In this document: positions 1 through 9,037 of the stretch, in pieces
Layout of the letters: the number at the start of each line of letters is the position of its first letter
Position numbering within the stretch: position 1 is the stretch's first letter
Source of the DNA: Candidatus Aenigmatarchaeota archaeon
GTDB lineage: Archaea; Aenigmatarchaeota; Aenigmatarchaeia; CG10238-14; SCSR01
Direction: 5' to 3'
Assembly: GCA_043818155.1 (NCBI GenBank)
Contig: JBDRGB010000011.1
Location: 1 to 58,544, forward strand
DNA: 58,544 bases
Notes under the pieces: generated by a model
The model's input: only the letters and a program-made list of their open reading frames with translations
The model's database searches: none
Told to the model about the DNA's origin: nothing
Program-made: the position numbers and the translations under genes

Positions 1-459
1 CTTCGGGCTGTAGGTTCCGAGCAGGTTCAGCTGGAGCAGCGTGGCGGTCTGGTTGTTGATGCCGGCTATGCGCACGCCCTTTTCGTCGAGGCAGTCGACG
101 AATCCCTTGAGCTTTTTCATCTGGACGATCGACTCGTCGACAAGTATCATGCTCTCGGTTGTCAGTTTGCCGTCTCTGGTCGCGTACACTTCCCTATAAG
201 ACGTGCCGCTGGTATCGCTTGCCTTCATCACTATTTTGTACATGCCGTTCTGCTCGGTGGTCGCGATGACCTCTATTGTCGTGCCCGGAATGGCTAGCTC
301 GTACAGTTCCTTCACGTTCGCCTCTATGGCCTCTTTCGACGGGCCAAGGACGCCAGGCATCGGCGGGATTTGCAATGTTCCCGATACGACGAGCGCTGCG
401 AAGACTATGGCCATCGACATCACTGCGACAACGACTATGAATCGCGGCCTGAGTTTCAT
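1..459 (-). CDS. hypothetical membrane-anchored or secreted protein, 3' end cut by window edge
   Basis: Read by hand on the minus strand from ATG (459-457) to the window edge with no stop, so it is absent from the ORF track. It starts MKLRPRFIVVVAVMSMAIVFAALVVSGTLQ..., an N-terminal hydrophobic anchor followed by a soluble-looking domain. The listed + ORF 203..481 is its antisense shadow. Confidence 0.45.
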   Translation of the reverse strand, partial: MKLRPRFIVVVAVMSMAIVFAALVVSGTLQIPPMPGVLGPSKEAIEANVKELYELAIPGTTIEVIATTEQNGMYKIVMKASDTSGTSYREVYATRDGKLTTESMILVDESIVQMKKLKGFVDCLDEKGVRIAGINNQTATLLQLNLLGTYSPK

Positions 460-563
460 GTGCGCATCCCCAGTTCGATAAGATTGAGTTTGTCGAGTCC
501 TTATTTAAATCTGCTTAAAATAAACTAATCTTTAAATTATTTAAACTGAGTTGGGATGATCGC

Positions 564-998
564 ATGGCGGGAAACGATGCTCTGGCAGACGAGAAGCTCA
601 TCCAGGACAAGATAGCCGCATACAGGTCCCTCGAAGAGAGGATAAACGCGCTTGTCGGTCAGCAGGCGACGTTCGCGTCGAAGGCCGCGGAGATACAGAG
701 CACGCTCGCCGCGATAGACGAGCTGTCGGAGGGCAGCGGGGATGCGCTGTTCCCGCTAGGCACCGCGGTGTACGCAAAGGGCAAGTTCGACGCCTCTGCG
801 AAGCTGCTGGTGGAGGTAGGCGCTGGAGTCGCGGTCGAACGCACGGCTGCAGAGGCGAAGCTCATACTCGAGGCCCGCAACAAGGACATAGAGCAGGCGA
901 TCGAGGTCCTGCAGAAGGACGTACGGACGGTCGCCGGCATGCTCCAGCGGATTGAGGCCGAGGCGCAGGAGATGCTGAGGGCCCGGGGCCGGAAATAA
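564..998 (+). CDS. pfdA: prefoldin alpha subunit
   Basis: 144 aa with a coiled-coil / beta-hairpin core (LFPLGTAVYAKGKF...VEVGAGVAVERT) / coiled-coil layout. It lies directly upstream of ftsY, a common archaeal arrangement. Confidence 0.8.
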   Translation: MAGNDALADEKLIQDKIAAYRSLEERINALVGQQATFASKAAEIQSTLAAIDELSEGSGDALFPLGTAVYAKGKFDASAKLLVEVGAGVAVERTAAEAKLILEARNKDIEQAIEVLQKDVRTVAGMLQRIEAEAQEMLRARGRK

Positions 999-1019
999 CC
1001 GACCGGCAGGCGAAGCCCT

Positions 1020-2168
1020 ATGTTCGGGATATTGAAGGACAAGCTGTCAAAGGCCATCAAGTCTATTTCTGAAAGGCTGAAGGAGAAGGAAGAGCCTAAG
1101 CCGGCAGTCCGGTCGCATGAACAGCTTCAACCGAAGGAGGCAGAGGAAAAAATTAAAATTCGGCACGAAGAAGAAATACCAGAAATCAGATTGCCAGAAG
1201 AAGAGGAAAAAAAGATTCCAGAGCCGCGCAAGGCCGGAAGGAAAGAACCTAAGCCTGCGGCCGCAGCCGAACCGAAACATGAGAAGAAATCGTTCATATC
1301 GAAGATTTTCGAGAAGGCGGTGAAAACAGTAACAGAGAGGAAGCTTGAGGAGAAGGACTTGCTCCCAGTGCTGGACGAGCTTGAGACTGATTTGATAGAA
1401 GCGGACGTTGCGGTCGAGGTCGCGGAACACATAAAGGCCGATTTGATGAAGGAGCTTGCGGGCAAGGAAATAAAGCGCGGCGGGGAGAACGAGGAGATTG
1501 TCGGCGCGTTCAAGCGCAGCCTGCTTGGGATTCTGGATGTTCCTGCGGTCGATTTGGAAAAAATCGTGGAAACGAAGAAGCCGGCTGTGCTGCTGTTCCT
1601 TGGCTTCAACGGCAGCGGGAAGACGACGTCGATAGCGAAGGTCGCGAACTTTTTGAAGGAGCGCGGGCACACGTCGGTGCTGGCTGCCGGCGACTCGTGG
1701 CGAGCTGCCGCGATAGAGCAGCTCGAGGAACACGGTAACAGAATCGGCGTGAAAGTAATCAAGCACAACTACGGCTCCGACCCGGCGGCAGTCGTGTACG
1801 ACGCGGTCGAACATGCGAAATCGAAAGGCGTAGACTTTGTTCTAGCGGACTCGGCCGGCCGCGTGCACACGAACCAGAACCTGATGCAAGAGCTGCAGAA
1901 GATGGTCCGCGTGAACAAGCCGGACCTGAAGGTGCTCGTAATCGACTCGATGACCGGGAACGACGCGCTTGAGCAGGCGCGCGCGTTCGGGAACGTGGGC
2001 GTGGACGCTGTGATATTCACGAAGGTTGATGTGAACGAGAAGGGCGGGGCGATACTGTCGGTCACGAACGAGTTGCGCAAACCCATACTCTTCCTGGGCA
2101 TGGGGCAGGGATACGATGATTTCGAGAAGTTCGACGCCGAGAAGTTCGTGAACAGGATAGTCGGTTAG
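1020..2168 (+). CDS. ftsY: signal recognition particle receptor FtsY
   Basis: Lys/Glu-rich N-terminal region followed by an NG GTPase domain with GFNGSGKTTSIAKVA, DSAGR and TKVD motifs. Confidence 0.9.
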   Translation: MFGILKDKLSKAIKSISERLKEKEEPKPAVRSHEQLQPKEAEEKIKIRHEEEIPEIRLPEEEEKKIPEPRKAGRKEPKPAAAAEPKHEKKSFISKIFEKAVKTVTERKLEEKDLLPVLDELETDLIEADVAVEVAEHIKADLMKELAGKEIKRGGENEEIVGAFKRSLLGILDVPAVDLEKIVETKKPAVLLFLGFNGSGKTTSIAKVANFLKERGHTSVLAAGDSWRAAAIEQLEEHGNRIGVKVIKHNYGSDPAAVVYDAVEHAKSKGVDFVLADSAGRVHTNQNLMQELQKMVRVNKPDLKVLVIDSMTGNDALEQARAFGNVGVDAVIFTKVDVNEKGGAILSVTNELRKPILFLGMGQGYDDFEKFDAEKFVNRIVG

Positions 2169-2213
2169 AATGCCTAATGATGAGATTTAAAATATAACCG
2201 CACAGTTGATAGT

Positions 2214-3539
2214 ATGCTGGATAATTTTGGAAAGAGCCTCGGCAGCCTGATACGCAGGCTGGCCGGCGGGACTACGGTGGACGATAAGACCGTGGAAGAC
2301 ATACTGCAGGACCTGCACAAGATACTCCTGCAGTCCGACGTGGACACGGACCTGGCAGACGGGCTCGTGGGCAACATACGCAACAAGTGCCTGAAGGGAA
2401 AGACGCCTGCCGGGCTCACGCTGCGCGAGCACGTGCTGAAGACGATTTACGACGAGCTTGTTAGCCTGCTGGGCGAGACCCCGGCGGAGGGAGACGTCCT
2501 GGAAAGGAAGCGCATAATGCTCGTCGGGCTTTTCGGCAGCGGGAAGACCACAACCATCGCAAAGCTCGCGCGTTACCTGAAGAAACGCGGGAAGAAGCCG
2601 GCGCTCGTGGCGCTCGACTACCACAGGCCCGCGGCGCCGCAGCAGTTGAAGCAGTTGGGGGACCAGATTGGGGTGCCCGTTCACGTCAGCGAGAGCAAGG
2701 ACCCGTACGCTTGCGTGCGCGAAGCGCTCGAAAAGCTGCAGAAGAACGACGTTCTGATTTTCGACACTGCCGGGCGCAACGCGCTTGACGCTGAGTTGGC
2801 GGCCGAATTAAAAAAAATCGGCGAAATGATAAAACCGGACGAAGTTATACTTGCAATACCTGCCGACCTCGGCAAGATTGCGCGCAAGCAGGCGGCCGAG
2901 TTCAACCGGCTCGTGGGGATAACTGGCGTGATCGTCACGAAGATGGACGGCACTGCGAAGGCGGGCGGGGCGCTCGCGGCAGCTGCAGCTACGGGCGCGA
3001 AGGTGAAATTCATAGGCACGGGCGAGAAGGTTGACGAGTTCGAACCCTACGACCCGACGAGGTTCGTTTCGCGCATGCTCGGACTCGGGGACATGCAGAC
3101 GCTGCTCGACAAGGCGAAGGACGCGGGGCTGAAGCCGGAGCTTGCGGAGAAGATGCTCGAGGGCAAGTTCACGCTCGACGATTTCTACGAGCAGATAGAG
3201 AGCGTGGGCAAGATGGGTTCGCTCGACAAAATAGCCGGCATGATACCCGGGCTCGGCGCGATGAAGCTACCGGAGGACGCCCTGAAGAGGCAGGAACAGC
3301 AGATGAAGAAGTACAAGATAATCATACAATCGCTCACGAATGAGGAGCGCGCTGACCCGTCTCTGCTAACAGCCGGCAGGATAAAGCGCGCGGCAGCGGG
3401 CGCAGGCGTCGCTGAATCGGACGTGCGCGACATGCTCAAGCAGTACGAGCAGATAAAGAAGCTGACGAAGATGCTCGGCCGTGGGAACAAGGACATGATG
3501 AAGATGCTGAAGCAGCTCGGCGGCAAGATGCCGTTCTGA
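2214..3539 (+). CDS. srp54: signal recognition particle protein SRP54
   Basis: GLFGSGKTTTIAKLA, DTAGR and TKMDG GTPase motifs plus a Met-rich C-terminal M domain (MGSLDKIAGMIPGLGAMK...). Confidence 0.92.
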   Translation: MLDNFGKSLGSLIRRLAGGTTVDDKTVEDILQDLHKILLQSDVDTDLADGLVGNIRNKCLKGKTPAGLTLREHVLKTIYDELVSLLGETPAEGDVLERKRIMLVGLFGSGKTTTIAKLARYLKKRGKKPALVALDYHRPAAPQQLKQLGDQIGVPVHVSESKDPYACVREALEKLQKNDVLIFDTAGRNALDAELAAELKKIGEMIKPDEVILAIPADLGKIARKQAAEFNRLVGITGVIVTKMDGTAKAGGALAAAAATGAKVKFIGTGEKVDEFEPYDPTRFVSRMLGLGDMQTLLDKAKDAGLKPELAEKMLEGKFTLDDFYEQIESVGKMGSLDKIAGMIPGLGAMKLPEDALKRQEQQMKKYKIIIQSLTNEERADPSLLTAGRIKRAAAGAGVAESDVRDMLKQYEQIKKLTKMLGRGNKDMMKMLKQLGGKMPF

Positions 3540-3541
3540 AA

Positions 3542-4543
3542 TCAATGAAGCAACCTATTGTCTACAGGCATCTTCAAACTATGTTTACGTAACGCGGTTT
3601 CTACAGAAGGCACAGTTCTTCCAAGCTGTTTAGAAATCCAATGATAGTTCCTGTGGCGGTTTTTCGCAAGAAATTCCAACTCACTTTCACTCCAATTTAT
3701 TTTGTAAACCTTGTAGGACTTCAAATACTGGAATAGCTTTTCTTGTTTCCTTCCTATGGAAAATCCTATCTTTTCATAAAACAGTTCCAAGTTCCGCCTG
3801 CCAGTTATATTTAGAGTATGAACAGGCTTAACCAAGAAAATCCTACCTCCGATTTCATGGTTTCCAGCCGGCCTTGTGTATACACGGCCGGTTTGTATGC
3901 CTAAAATTTTTAACAACCCTCGGACAAGCTCGATTAGCTTCTTATCGGAATTGTAAAAACGTATGCATCTATTTGACACGTTTCCTTCGGAATCGTACAT
4001 GCCTTTCAAGAACGAGGCTATCTTAGAGTCGTTCATATGATTTAGTCGTTCAGAATCAAAATACTTCAAAGCTCTGACGGATGCTACAGAACTCTGTGTT
4101 ACCCTCCAGCGGTCTCCATATTTCCATATCCTACAGTATATACCACTCCACTCTTTCAAGAGCTTGTAAAACACTTTTGCGAAGTCCTCGTCTACGACGG
4201 ACAAATAAATACAGGCCCCACCATCCTTACGAAATGAAATACAACCATCACCCCTTATAACACCTAAAATATAGCAAAAGTTCTCGTCTATTTTCCTAGA
4301 CAGTTCGATGTATTTTTGATTTTTCAGTTCGCGCAATCTGCTTTTCGCAAGTTCAAGATTTTTCAATATACAGATTCTGGATTTTTCAGAAAAGCGTTTT
4401 GGTTTTCTGCCATAGTACAGCCAACTTTTCATCGTCGGCATTTTTACATACGTGATTTCTGAAATAGTTTTAAGTTGGACACCAGCTTTCCTCAACGAGA
4501 CAACATTTTCGTAATCATTTAGATTGTAGGCTTTCATATACAA
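3542..4543 (-). CDS. free-standing double-motif LAGLIDADG homing endonuclease-like protein with HTH-like extensions
   Basis: Two LAGLIDADG-type motifs with acidic residues retained (YILGVIRGDGCI, FLKGMYDSEGNV). It has N- and C-terminal helix-turn-helix-like extensions. The gene is markedly AT-rich relative to its flanks. Confidence 0.8.
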   Translation of the reverse strand: MYMKAYNLNDYENVVSLRKAGVQLKTISEITYVKMPTMKSWLYYGRKPKRFSEKSRICILKNLELAKSRLRELKNQKYIELSRKIDENFCYILGVIRGDGCISFRKDGGACIYLSVVDEDFAKVFYKLLKEWSGIYCRIWKYGDRWRVTQSSVASVRALKYFDSERLNHMNDSKIASFLKGMYDSEGNVSNRCIRFYNSDKKLIELVRGLLKILGIQTGRVYTRPAGNHEIGGRIFLVKPVHTLNITGRRNLELFYEKIGFSIGRKQEKLFQYLKSYKVYKINWSESELEFLAKNRHRNYHWISKQLGRTVPSVETALRKHSLKMPVDNRLLH

Positions 4544-4652
4544 TCTTAAAAGTAGTAAATCCCCTAACTAAGGAATAGGCAAGCAGGTTTCCGCTGAGTT
4601 CCGATAAGCTTTTAGCGGTAGCAGAAAAGTAAGTATTAATCGGTGTCGAAAT

Positions 4653-5936
4653 ATGGGGCTTTTGGAAAAAATAACGGATGTCCTAAAAGGCGAGTACGTG
4701 TGCGACTCGTGCCTAGGGCGACAATGCGCGGAACTGCTCAGCGGATTCTCGAATACAGAACGCGGCAGAATTCTGCGTGTCTATACCGCAATGCTTGTAG
4801 ACGCCGGTGAGAATCTGGATGTTGGCGCGTCGAATCTTTACGGATTCAAATTCAGAAATACTAAGTTCCATGCTGTGAAACCAAACAAATGCAAGATATG
4901 TAAAAATTTTTTTAGCGAGCGAGTGGAAGAACTGGCGAAAGCCATAGCGAAAAAGACGGCGGGCTACGAGTTCAAGACTTTCCTGATAGGCACAGTGGTC
5001 TCGGCGGAGATGGCGAAGGCCGAGGAGGACGCGTGGCACAGCACCGGCGTCGAGTTCGTCGAGCCGATTAAAAATGAAATCAACCGCGAGGTCGGAAAGG
5101 CTTTTGAAAAAATCACTCACATGAAGTTCGACCTGAAGGAGCCGGACATAGTTGCGATTATAGACCTCGGCCAGGACAAAATCTCGTTACAGGTGAAGAG
5201 CATCTACGTCTACGGCCGCTACCAGAAGCTCGTGCGAGGGATTCCGCAGACGAAGTGGCTGTGCCGCGAGTGCAAAGGCAAGGGATGCCCGCGGTGCAAG
5301 GGAAAGGGAAAGATGTACGAGACGTCGGTGCATGAGAACATCGAGCCCCCTCTGCTGAAGGCCGCAAAGGCCAAGGCGTCGAAGATGCACGGCTCCGGCC
5401 GCGAGGACATAGACGTGCGCTGCCTTGGATGGAGGCCGTTCATACTCGAGCTCGTGCGGCCGATGGTGCGCAACTTGGATTTGAGGAAGCTGCAGGCGCA
5501 GGTGAACAAGTCGAGGAAGGTGAAGGTGCGGGGACTGAAGATCGCGGGCAAGAGGGACGTCGAGGACGTGAAGTCGTCGCGTCACGACAAGACCTATATG
5601 GCCGAGGTTGTTTTCGAGAAGAAGATAGACGTGTCGAAACTGAAGCTTGTGAAGGCGCTCGCGGGCAAGGGCGTAGACCAGCGCACGCCGAGGCGCGTAG
5701 CGCACAGGCGCGCCGACCTCGTGAGGAGGCGCGGGCTGAAAAGGATTAGCGTGCGCAGGCTCGGGCCGAGGAAGCTGGAAATGAAGCTCACGGGCGAGGC
5801 TGGCATCTACGTGAAGGAGTTGATAACGGGCGACGAAGGCCGCACTTCGCCAAGCGTGGCGGAGCTGCTCGGCAATAAGGTTAAAAGCATAAAGCTTGAT
5901 GTAATTAAGATACACGTCAAAAGGGGCAAAATATAA
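4653..5936 (+). CDS. pus10: tRNA pseudouridine synthase Pus10
   Basis: N-terminal Cys clusters (CDSC...CKIC), a second cluster CRECKGKGCPRCKGKG, and the catalytic region SGREDIDVRCLGWRPF and YVKELITGDEGRTSPS typical of the archaeal Pus10 family. Confidence 0.85.
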   Translation: MGLLEKITDVLKGEYVCDSCLGRQCAELLSGFSNTERGRILRVYTAMLVDAGENLDVGASNLYGFKFRNTKFHAVKPNKCKICKNFFSERVEELAKAIAKKTAGYEFKTFLIGTVVSAEMAKAEEDAWHSTGVEFVEPIKNEINREVGKAFEKITHMKFDLKEPDIVAIIDLGQDKISLQVKSIYVYGRYQKLVRGIPQTKWLCRECKGKGCPRCKGKGKMYETSVHENIEPPLLKAAKAKASKMHGSGREDIDVRCLGWRPFILELVRPMVRNLDLRKLQAQVNKSRKVKVRGLKIAGKRDVEDVKSSRHDKTYMAEVVFEKKIDVSKLKLVKALAGKGVDQRTPRRVAHRRADLVRRRGLKRISVRRLGPRKLEMKLTGEAGIYVKELITGDEGRTSPSVAELLGNKVKSIKLDVIKIHVKRGKI

Positions 5937-5988
5937 AAACAGCCGAACATAGAATCAAAAGAAGAAACTAATCTGACGGGTGGTCTTT

Positions 5989-6273
5989 ATGGTCAGGAAG
6001 TCTAGGGGATTCCGCTCAGGGACGCGCAAGAAGCTCAGGCAGCGCCCGGACACGCGGCCGGCGATAACAAAGTTCCTACAGGAGTTCAAGGAAGGCGAAC
6101 GGGTGGTGCTGATGCCAGAACCGTCGAGCCACAGGGGGATGCCGCCATTGCGTTACAAGGGCGCGGCCGGCATAATAACCGGCAGGCGCGGCAGCGGATA
6201 CTTTGTCGAGATAAACGACGGCAAGATGAAGAAGACCTTCATCGCGCGTCCGGAGCACCTCAAACGGGCCTGA
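5989..6273 (+). CDS. rpl21e: 50S ribosomal protein L21e (eL21)
   Basis: MVRKSRGFRSGTRKKL... is a typical eL21 N-terminus. The track ORF begins at GTG 5980; ATG 5989 gives the canonical start. Confidence 0.85.
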   Translation: MVRKSRGFRSGTRKKLRQRPDTRPAITKFLQEFKEGERVVLMPEPSSHRGMPPLRYKGAAGIITGRRGSGYFVEINDGKMKKTFIARPEHLKRA

Positions 6274-6380
6274 AACCGTTTGAAGCCCGACCGCACAAAA
6301 GAACCTTTTTAAAAAGATAGCTTCAATAGATAATTAGGGCAATAACTGGTAAGGAAAATTCGCAGCCGGATGTGAAGAAC

Positions 6381-6719
6381 ATGAACCTAATCAAAGAGGA
6401 ACTGATAACGAACACCGAGGCGAAAGCGCTGCTCGAGAAGGCGGTAAAGCCGGACGACATGAAGTTCGAGCAGAAGAACGCATACGAGAACCTGAAGAGG
6501 TTCGCGAAGCTCGCTGCCGACAAGGCCAGGGCGCTGGCCGAAGAACTCAACAAAAACAAGAAGCTGCGCGAGAGGCAGATAATATCGATAGTCAACATGC
6601 TTCCGGAGGACGAGGACGACCTGCGGGCGGTGCTTGGCAAGGACTATTCGAACTTCACTCCGGACGAGATCAGCCTAATTCTTGATGCCGTCCGGAAGGC
6701 GCGGACAGACAAGAGCTGA
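6381..6719 (+). CDS. rpoF: DNA-directed RNA polymerase subunit F (Rpo4)
   Basis: Small helical protein in the conserved archaeal rpl21e-rpoF-DUF655 position. ATG 6381 is preceded by the GATGTGA Shine-Dalgarno-like motif; the alternative GTG is at 6372. Confidence 0.75.
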   Translation: MNLIKEELITNTEAKALLEKAVKPDDMKFEQKNAYENLKRFAKLAADKARALAEELNKNKKLRERQIISIVNMLPEDEDDLRAVLGKDYSNFTPDEISLILDAVRKARTDKS

Positions 6720-6737
6720 GCCCCACAGGTGACTCCC

Positions 6738-7289
6738 ATGGTTGCGAAGGACGACTACGCGATAGTATTGGATTTCTTGTCCGGCGGCAGGCCGGGCGAC
6801 CGAAAAGCAGAACCTATAGCGCAAGCGGTAGGCGAGAAGTTCCTGACCCTGCTCGAGCTCGCGATAAAGGAAGGCGTTAGCATCAAGCCCGGAGACCGCG
6901 TGTACATAGGCGCCGACAAGCGCGACCAGGTGCAGTACATACGCTCGCGCATAGATTACAGGGACCTCACGAACTTCGCGAGGGCCGAGATAGAGGACGT
7001 TCTAGGGAACCTCATAAGCGCGGACGAGAAGCGCTTCGTGGAGTTCTTCAGCAAGGCGGCCCCGGTCACGACGCGGCTGCACAGCCTCGAGCTGCTGCCT
7101 GGCATAGGCAAGAAACACATGTGGGAGATAATAAGGGTGCGGCGCGAGAAGCCCTTCGAGAGCTTCGAGGACCTGCGCAACCGCGTGACGATGCTGCCGG
7201 ATCCCAAGAAGATCGTGATAAAGAGGATAATCGAGGAGCTCGAAGGCAAGGACGGGCACAGGCTCTTCATATCGGGCGGCGCGCAGTAG
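6738..7289 (+). CDS. DUF655-family protein (OB-fold plus helix-hairpin-helix, putative nucleic-acid binding)
   Basis: DYAIVLDFLSGGRPGD N-terminus and LLPGIGKKHMWEIIRVRREKPFESFEDLRNRV HhH segment. Conserved position after rpoF. AGGTGA precedes ATG 6738; the alternative GTG is at 6729. Confidence 0.75.
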   Translation: MVAKDDYAIVLDFLSGGRPGDRKAEPIAQAVGEKFLTLLELAIKEGVSIKPGDRVYIGADKRDQVQYIRSRIDYRDLTNFARAEIEDVLGNLISADEKRFVEFFSKAAPVTTRLHSLELLPGIGKKHMWEIIRVRREKPFESFEDLRNRVTMLPDPKKIVIKRIIEELEGKDGHRLFISGGAQ

Positions 7290-7298
7290 CGTGATCGA

Positions 7299-8330
7299 AT
7301 GGAAGACATGCTCGACTACATCCGGAAATACCCGGAGATGGTCCTCGACGCCATCGAGGCCACGAAGCGCGCGCACATTCCTGTTCTGAAGTTCGACAGG
7401 GTCGTCGTGTGCGGCATGGGAGGGTCGGCCGTCGGCGGGGACTTCATAGTCGACACGCTCCGCGCGTACGGCATCCGGTTGCATGCGGAGGTTTCCCGCC
7501 GCTATGAATTGCCCACGCATGTTGGCAAAGGCACGCTTATCATAATTTCCAGCTATTCCGGAGAGACCGAGGAAACGCTCAGCCAGTTCGCTGAGGCGAG
7601 GCGAAGGGGGCTGCAGGTGATTTGCATGTCTTCAGGAGGACGGCTGAAGAAGTGGGCCGAGAACTTCGGCATACCTTTCGTGGAACTTCCTGGCGGGTTC
7701 AAACCGCGCGCCACGCTTCCGTATTCGCTGTTCACGGTGATCGAGTATTTGCGCGAAGCCGGCAAGCTGGACCTGACGGCCGACATAGACGAGGCCGTGC
7801 AGGTGCTGACAGACCTTCGCAACGACCGCGGGAAGGACAACGAGATGATGTCGCTTGCCGGGCTCATGTCAAACAACAGGATATGCGTTTATGGTTCCGA
7901 GGCGCACGAGGCTGCAACGCGAAGGATGAAGAACCAGATCAACGAAAACGGCAAGCTCCCGGCCAGTTGGGACGTGTTCCCGGAGATGAACCACAACGAG
8001 ATAGTGGGTTTCGAGGACAATGACCTGAACAAGGAGAACTATGTAATCATCCTGCGCGACCCCGGCGAGCACCCTGCGGTGCGCGCGCGCATCGAAGCTA
8101 CCAAGAACATAATACGCGGCAAGGTCATGGGCGTCGCCGAAATATGGACCGTCGGCAAGTCCGCTCTCGCAAAGGACATGTCGCTCGCTTTCATGGGCGA
8201 CCTGCTGAGCTGCTATCTGGCCATGCACGGCAAGAAGAACGTGGACAAAACCGCTAACATAGACTCGCTTAAAGCGGCTCTCAGGGAAGAGCTGAACCTG
8301 CAGGAAAAAATCGAGAAGGAACTCATCTAG
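7299..8330 (+). CDS. SIS-domain sugar-phosphate isomerase, bifunctional phosphoglucose/phosphomannose isomerase family
   Basis: SIS motifs CGMGGSAVGGDF and IISSYSGETEETL. Size and layout match the archaeal PGI/PMI family. Substrate range is not determinable from sequence alone. Confidence 0.7.
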   Translation: MEDMLDYIRKYPEMVLDAIEATKRAHIPVLKFDRVVVCGMGGSAVGGDFIVDTLRAYGIRLHAEVSRRYELPTHVGKGTLIIISSYSGETEETLSQFAEARRRGLQVICMSSGGRLKKWAENFGIPFVELPGGFKPRATLPYSLFTVIEYLREAGKLDLTADIDEAVQVLTDLRNDRGKDNEMMSLAGLMSNNRICVYGSEAHEAATRRMKNQINENGKLPASWDVFPEMNHNEIVGFEDNDLNKENYVIILRDPGEHPAVRARIEATKNIIRGKVMGVAEIWTVGKSALAKDMSLAFMGDLLSCYLAMHGKKNVDKTANIDSLKAALREELNLQEKIEKELI

Positions 8331-8339
8331 CATCGCGAC

Positions 8340-8597
8340 CTACAACGCCTTGGTGACTTCGGTCACCTGCACTTCGCCAACGCCGTCGATTTTCTTGAGC
8401 GCATCCTCGATGCGGTCGATTTCGCCGGCCTCGTCCTGCACTATCTTCACGACAATCAGCGCGACCAGCCCGAACGCTATAGGCTCGCGCTTGAGCTGGT
8501 CTGGTTTGACGTCCTCCTTGATTTTCGCCTCGAGCATGTCGAGGTTGACGTCTATGCCAGCGGGCATCACTTTGAAGGTCGCTATTACGCCTGACAT
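8340..8597 (-). CDS. ef1b: translation elongation factor aEF-1 beta
   Basis: 85 aa, MSGVIATFKVMPAGIDVNLDMLEAKIK...PIAFGLVALIV..., the typical archaeal EF-1beta fold signature. Confidence 0.85.
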   Translation of the reverse strand: MSGVIATFKVMPAGIDVNLDMLEAKIKEDVKPDQLKREPIAFGLVALIVVKIVQDEAGEIDRIEDALKKIDGVGEVQVTEVTKAL

Positions 8598-8622
8598 ACC
8601 ATCACGCCAGAAAACAAACAGG

Positions 8623-8781
8623 CTACGGCCCCTCGAACCCGCACCTGACGCACTTGTACATGACGCTGTTGTCGCGGCACGTCTTACAGCGCACTATCTC
8701 CTGCTCGCCGCACTTCGGGCACTTGAACGAAGTGAAGTTGGCCGCGGCCGTTATGTGCGTGTTGCAGCTCGTGCAGTTCAT
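8623..8781 (-). CDS. small Zn-ribbon protein (COG2888-like, usually paired with EF-1beta)
   Basis: Hand-translated 52 aa, MNCTSCNTHITAAANFTSFKCPKCGEQEIVRCKTCRDNSVMYKCVRCGFEGP, with four CxxC pairs. It lies immediately upstream of ef1b on the same strand. It is below the ORF-track size cut-off. Confidence 0.7.
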   Translation of the reverse strand: MNCTSCNTHITAAANFTSFKCPKCGEQEIVRCKTCRDNSVMYKCVRCGFEGP

Positions 8782-8881
8782 GCGCTTGCGCCTCTTGTGC
8801 CTACATCTACTTCAGATAGATTATTTAAATAAGGTTAAGAAGTTTTATAAGTATCGGTTCGGAAGTTAAATACAGCCGAAC

Positions 8882-8955
8882 GCCCTCGTAGTTCAACCTG
8901 GATAGAATGCCAGCTTGCGGAGCTGTTGATCTGGGTTCAAATCCCGGCGGGGGCA
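8882..8955 (+). tRNA. tRNA-Arg (anticodon GCG)
   Basis: Hand-folded cloverleaf: acceptor GCCCTCG/CGGGGGC, D arm GTTC..GAAT, anticodon loop TTGCGGA, T arm CTGGG-TTCAAAT-CCCGG, discriminator A. No encoded CCA. Confidence 0.85.
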
Positions 8956-8962
8956 CTCTTGG

Positions 8963-9036
8963 GCCTCCATAGTTTAGCTTGGATAGAATGATGGCTTCCG
9001 GAGCCGTGGACCAGGGTTCAAATCCCTGTGGAGGCA
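8963..9036 (+). tRNA. tRNA-Arg (anticodon CCG)
   Basis: Acceptor GCCTCCA/TGGAGGC, anticodon stem ATGGC/GCCGT with loop TTCCGGA, T arm CAGGG-TTCAAAT-CCCTG, discriminator A. It lies 7 nt after the first tRNA-Arg. No encoded CCA. Confidence 0.85.
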
Positions 9037-9037
9037 C

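Noticed and set aside
203-481. 92-aa + ORF at the left edge; also 36852..37586 + over the Nudix gene
   Set aside because: Both are antisense to better-supported minus-strand genes (the anchored protein 1..459 and the Nudix hydrolase with an intact Nudix box).
8825-9037. 70-aa minus ORF over the tRNA-Arg pair; also 12953..13264 over tRNA-Gln, 21626..21928 over 5S rRNA and 21953..22141 over tRNA-Asp
   Set aside because: Each overlaps a well-folded stable-RNA gene. They are accidental open frames.
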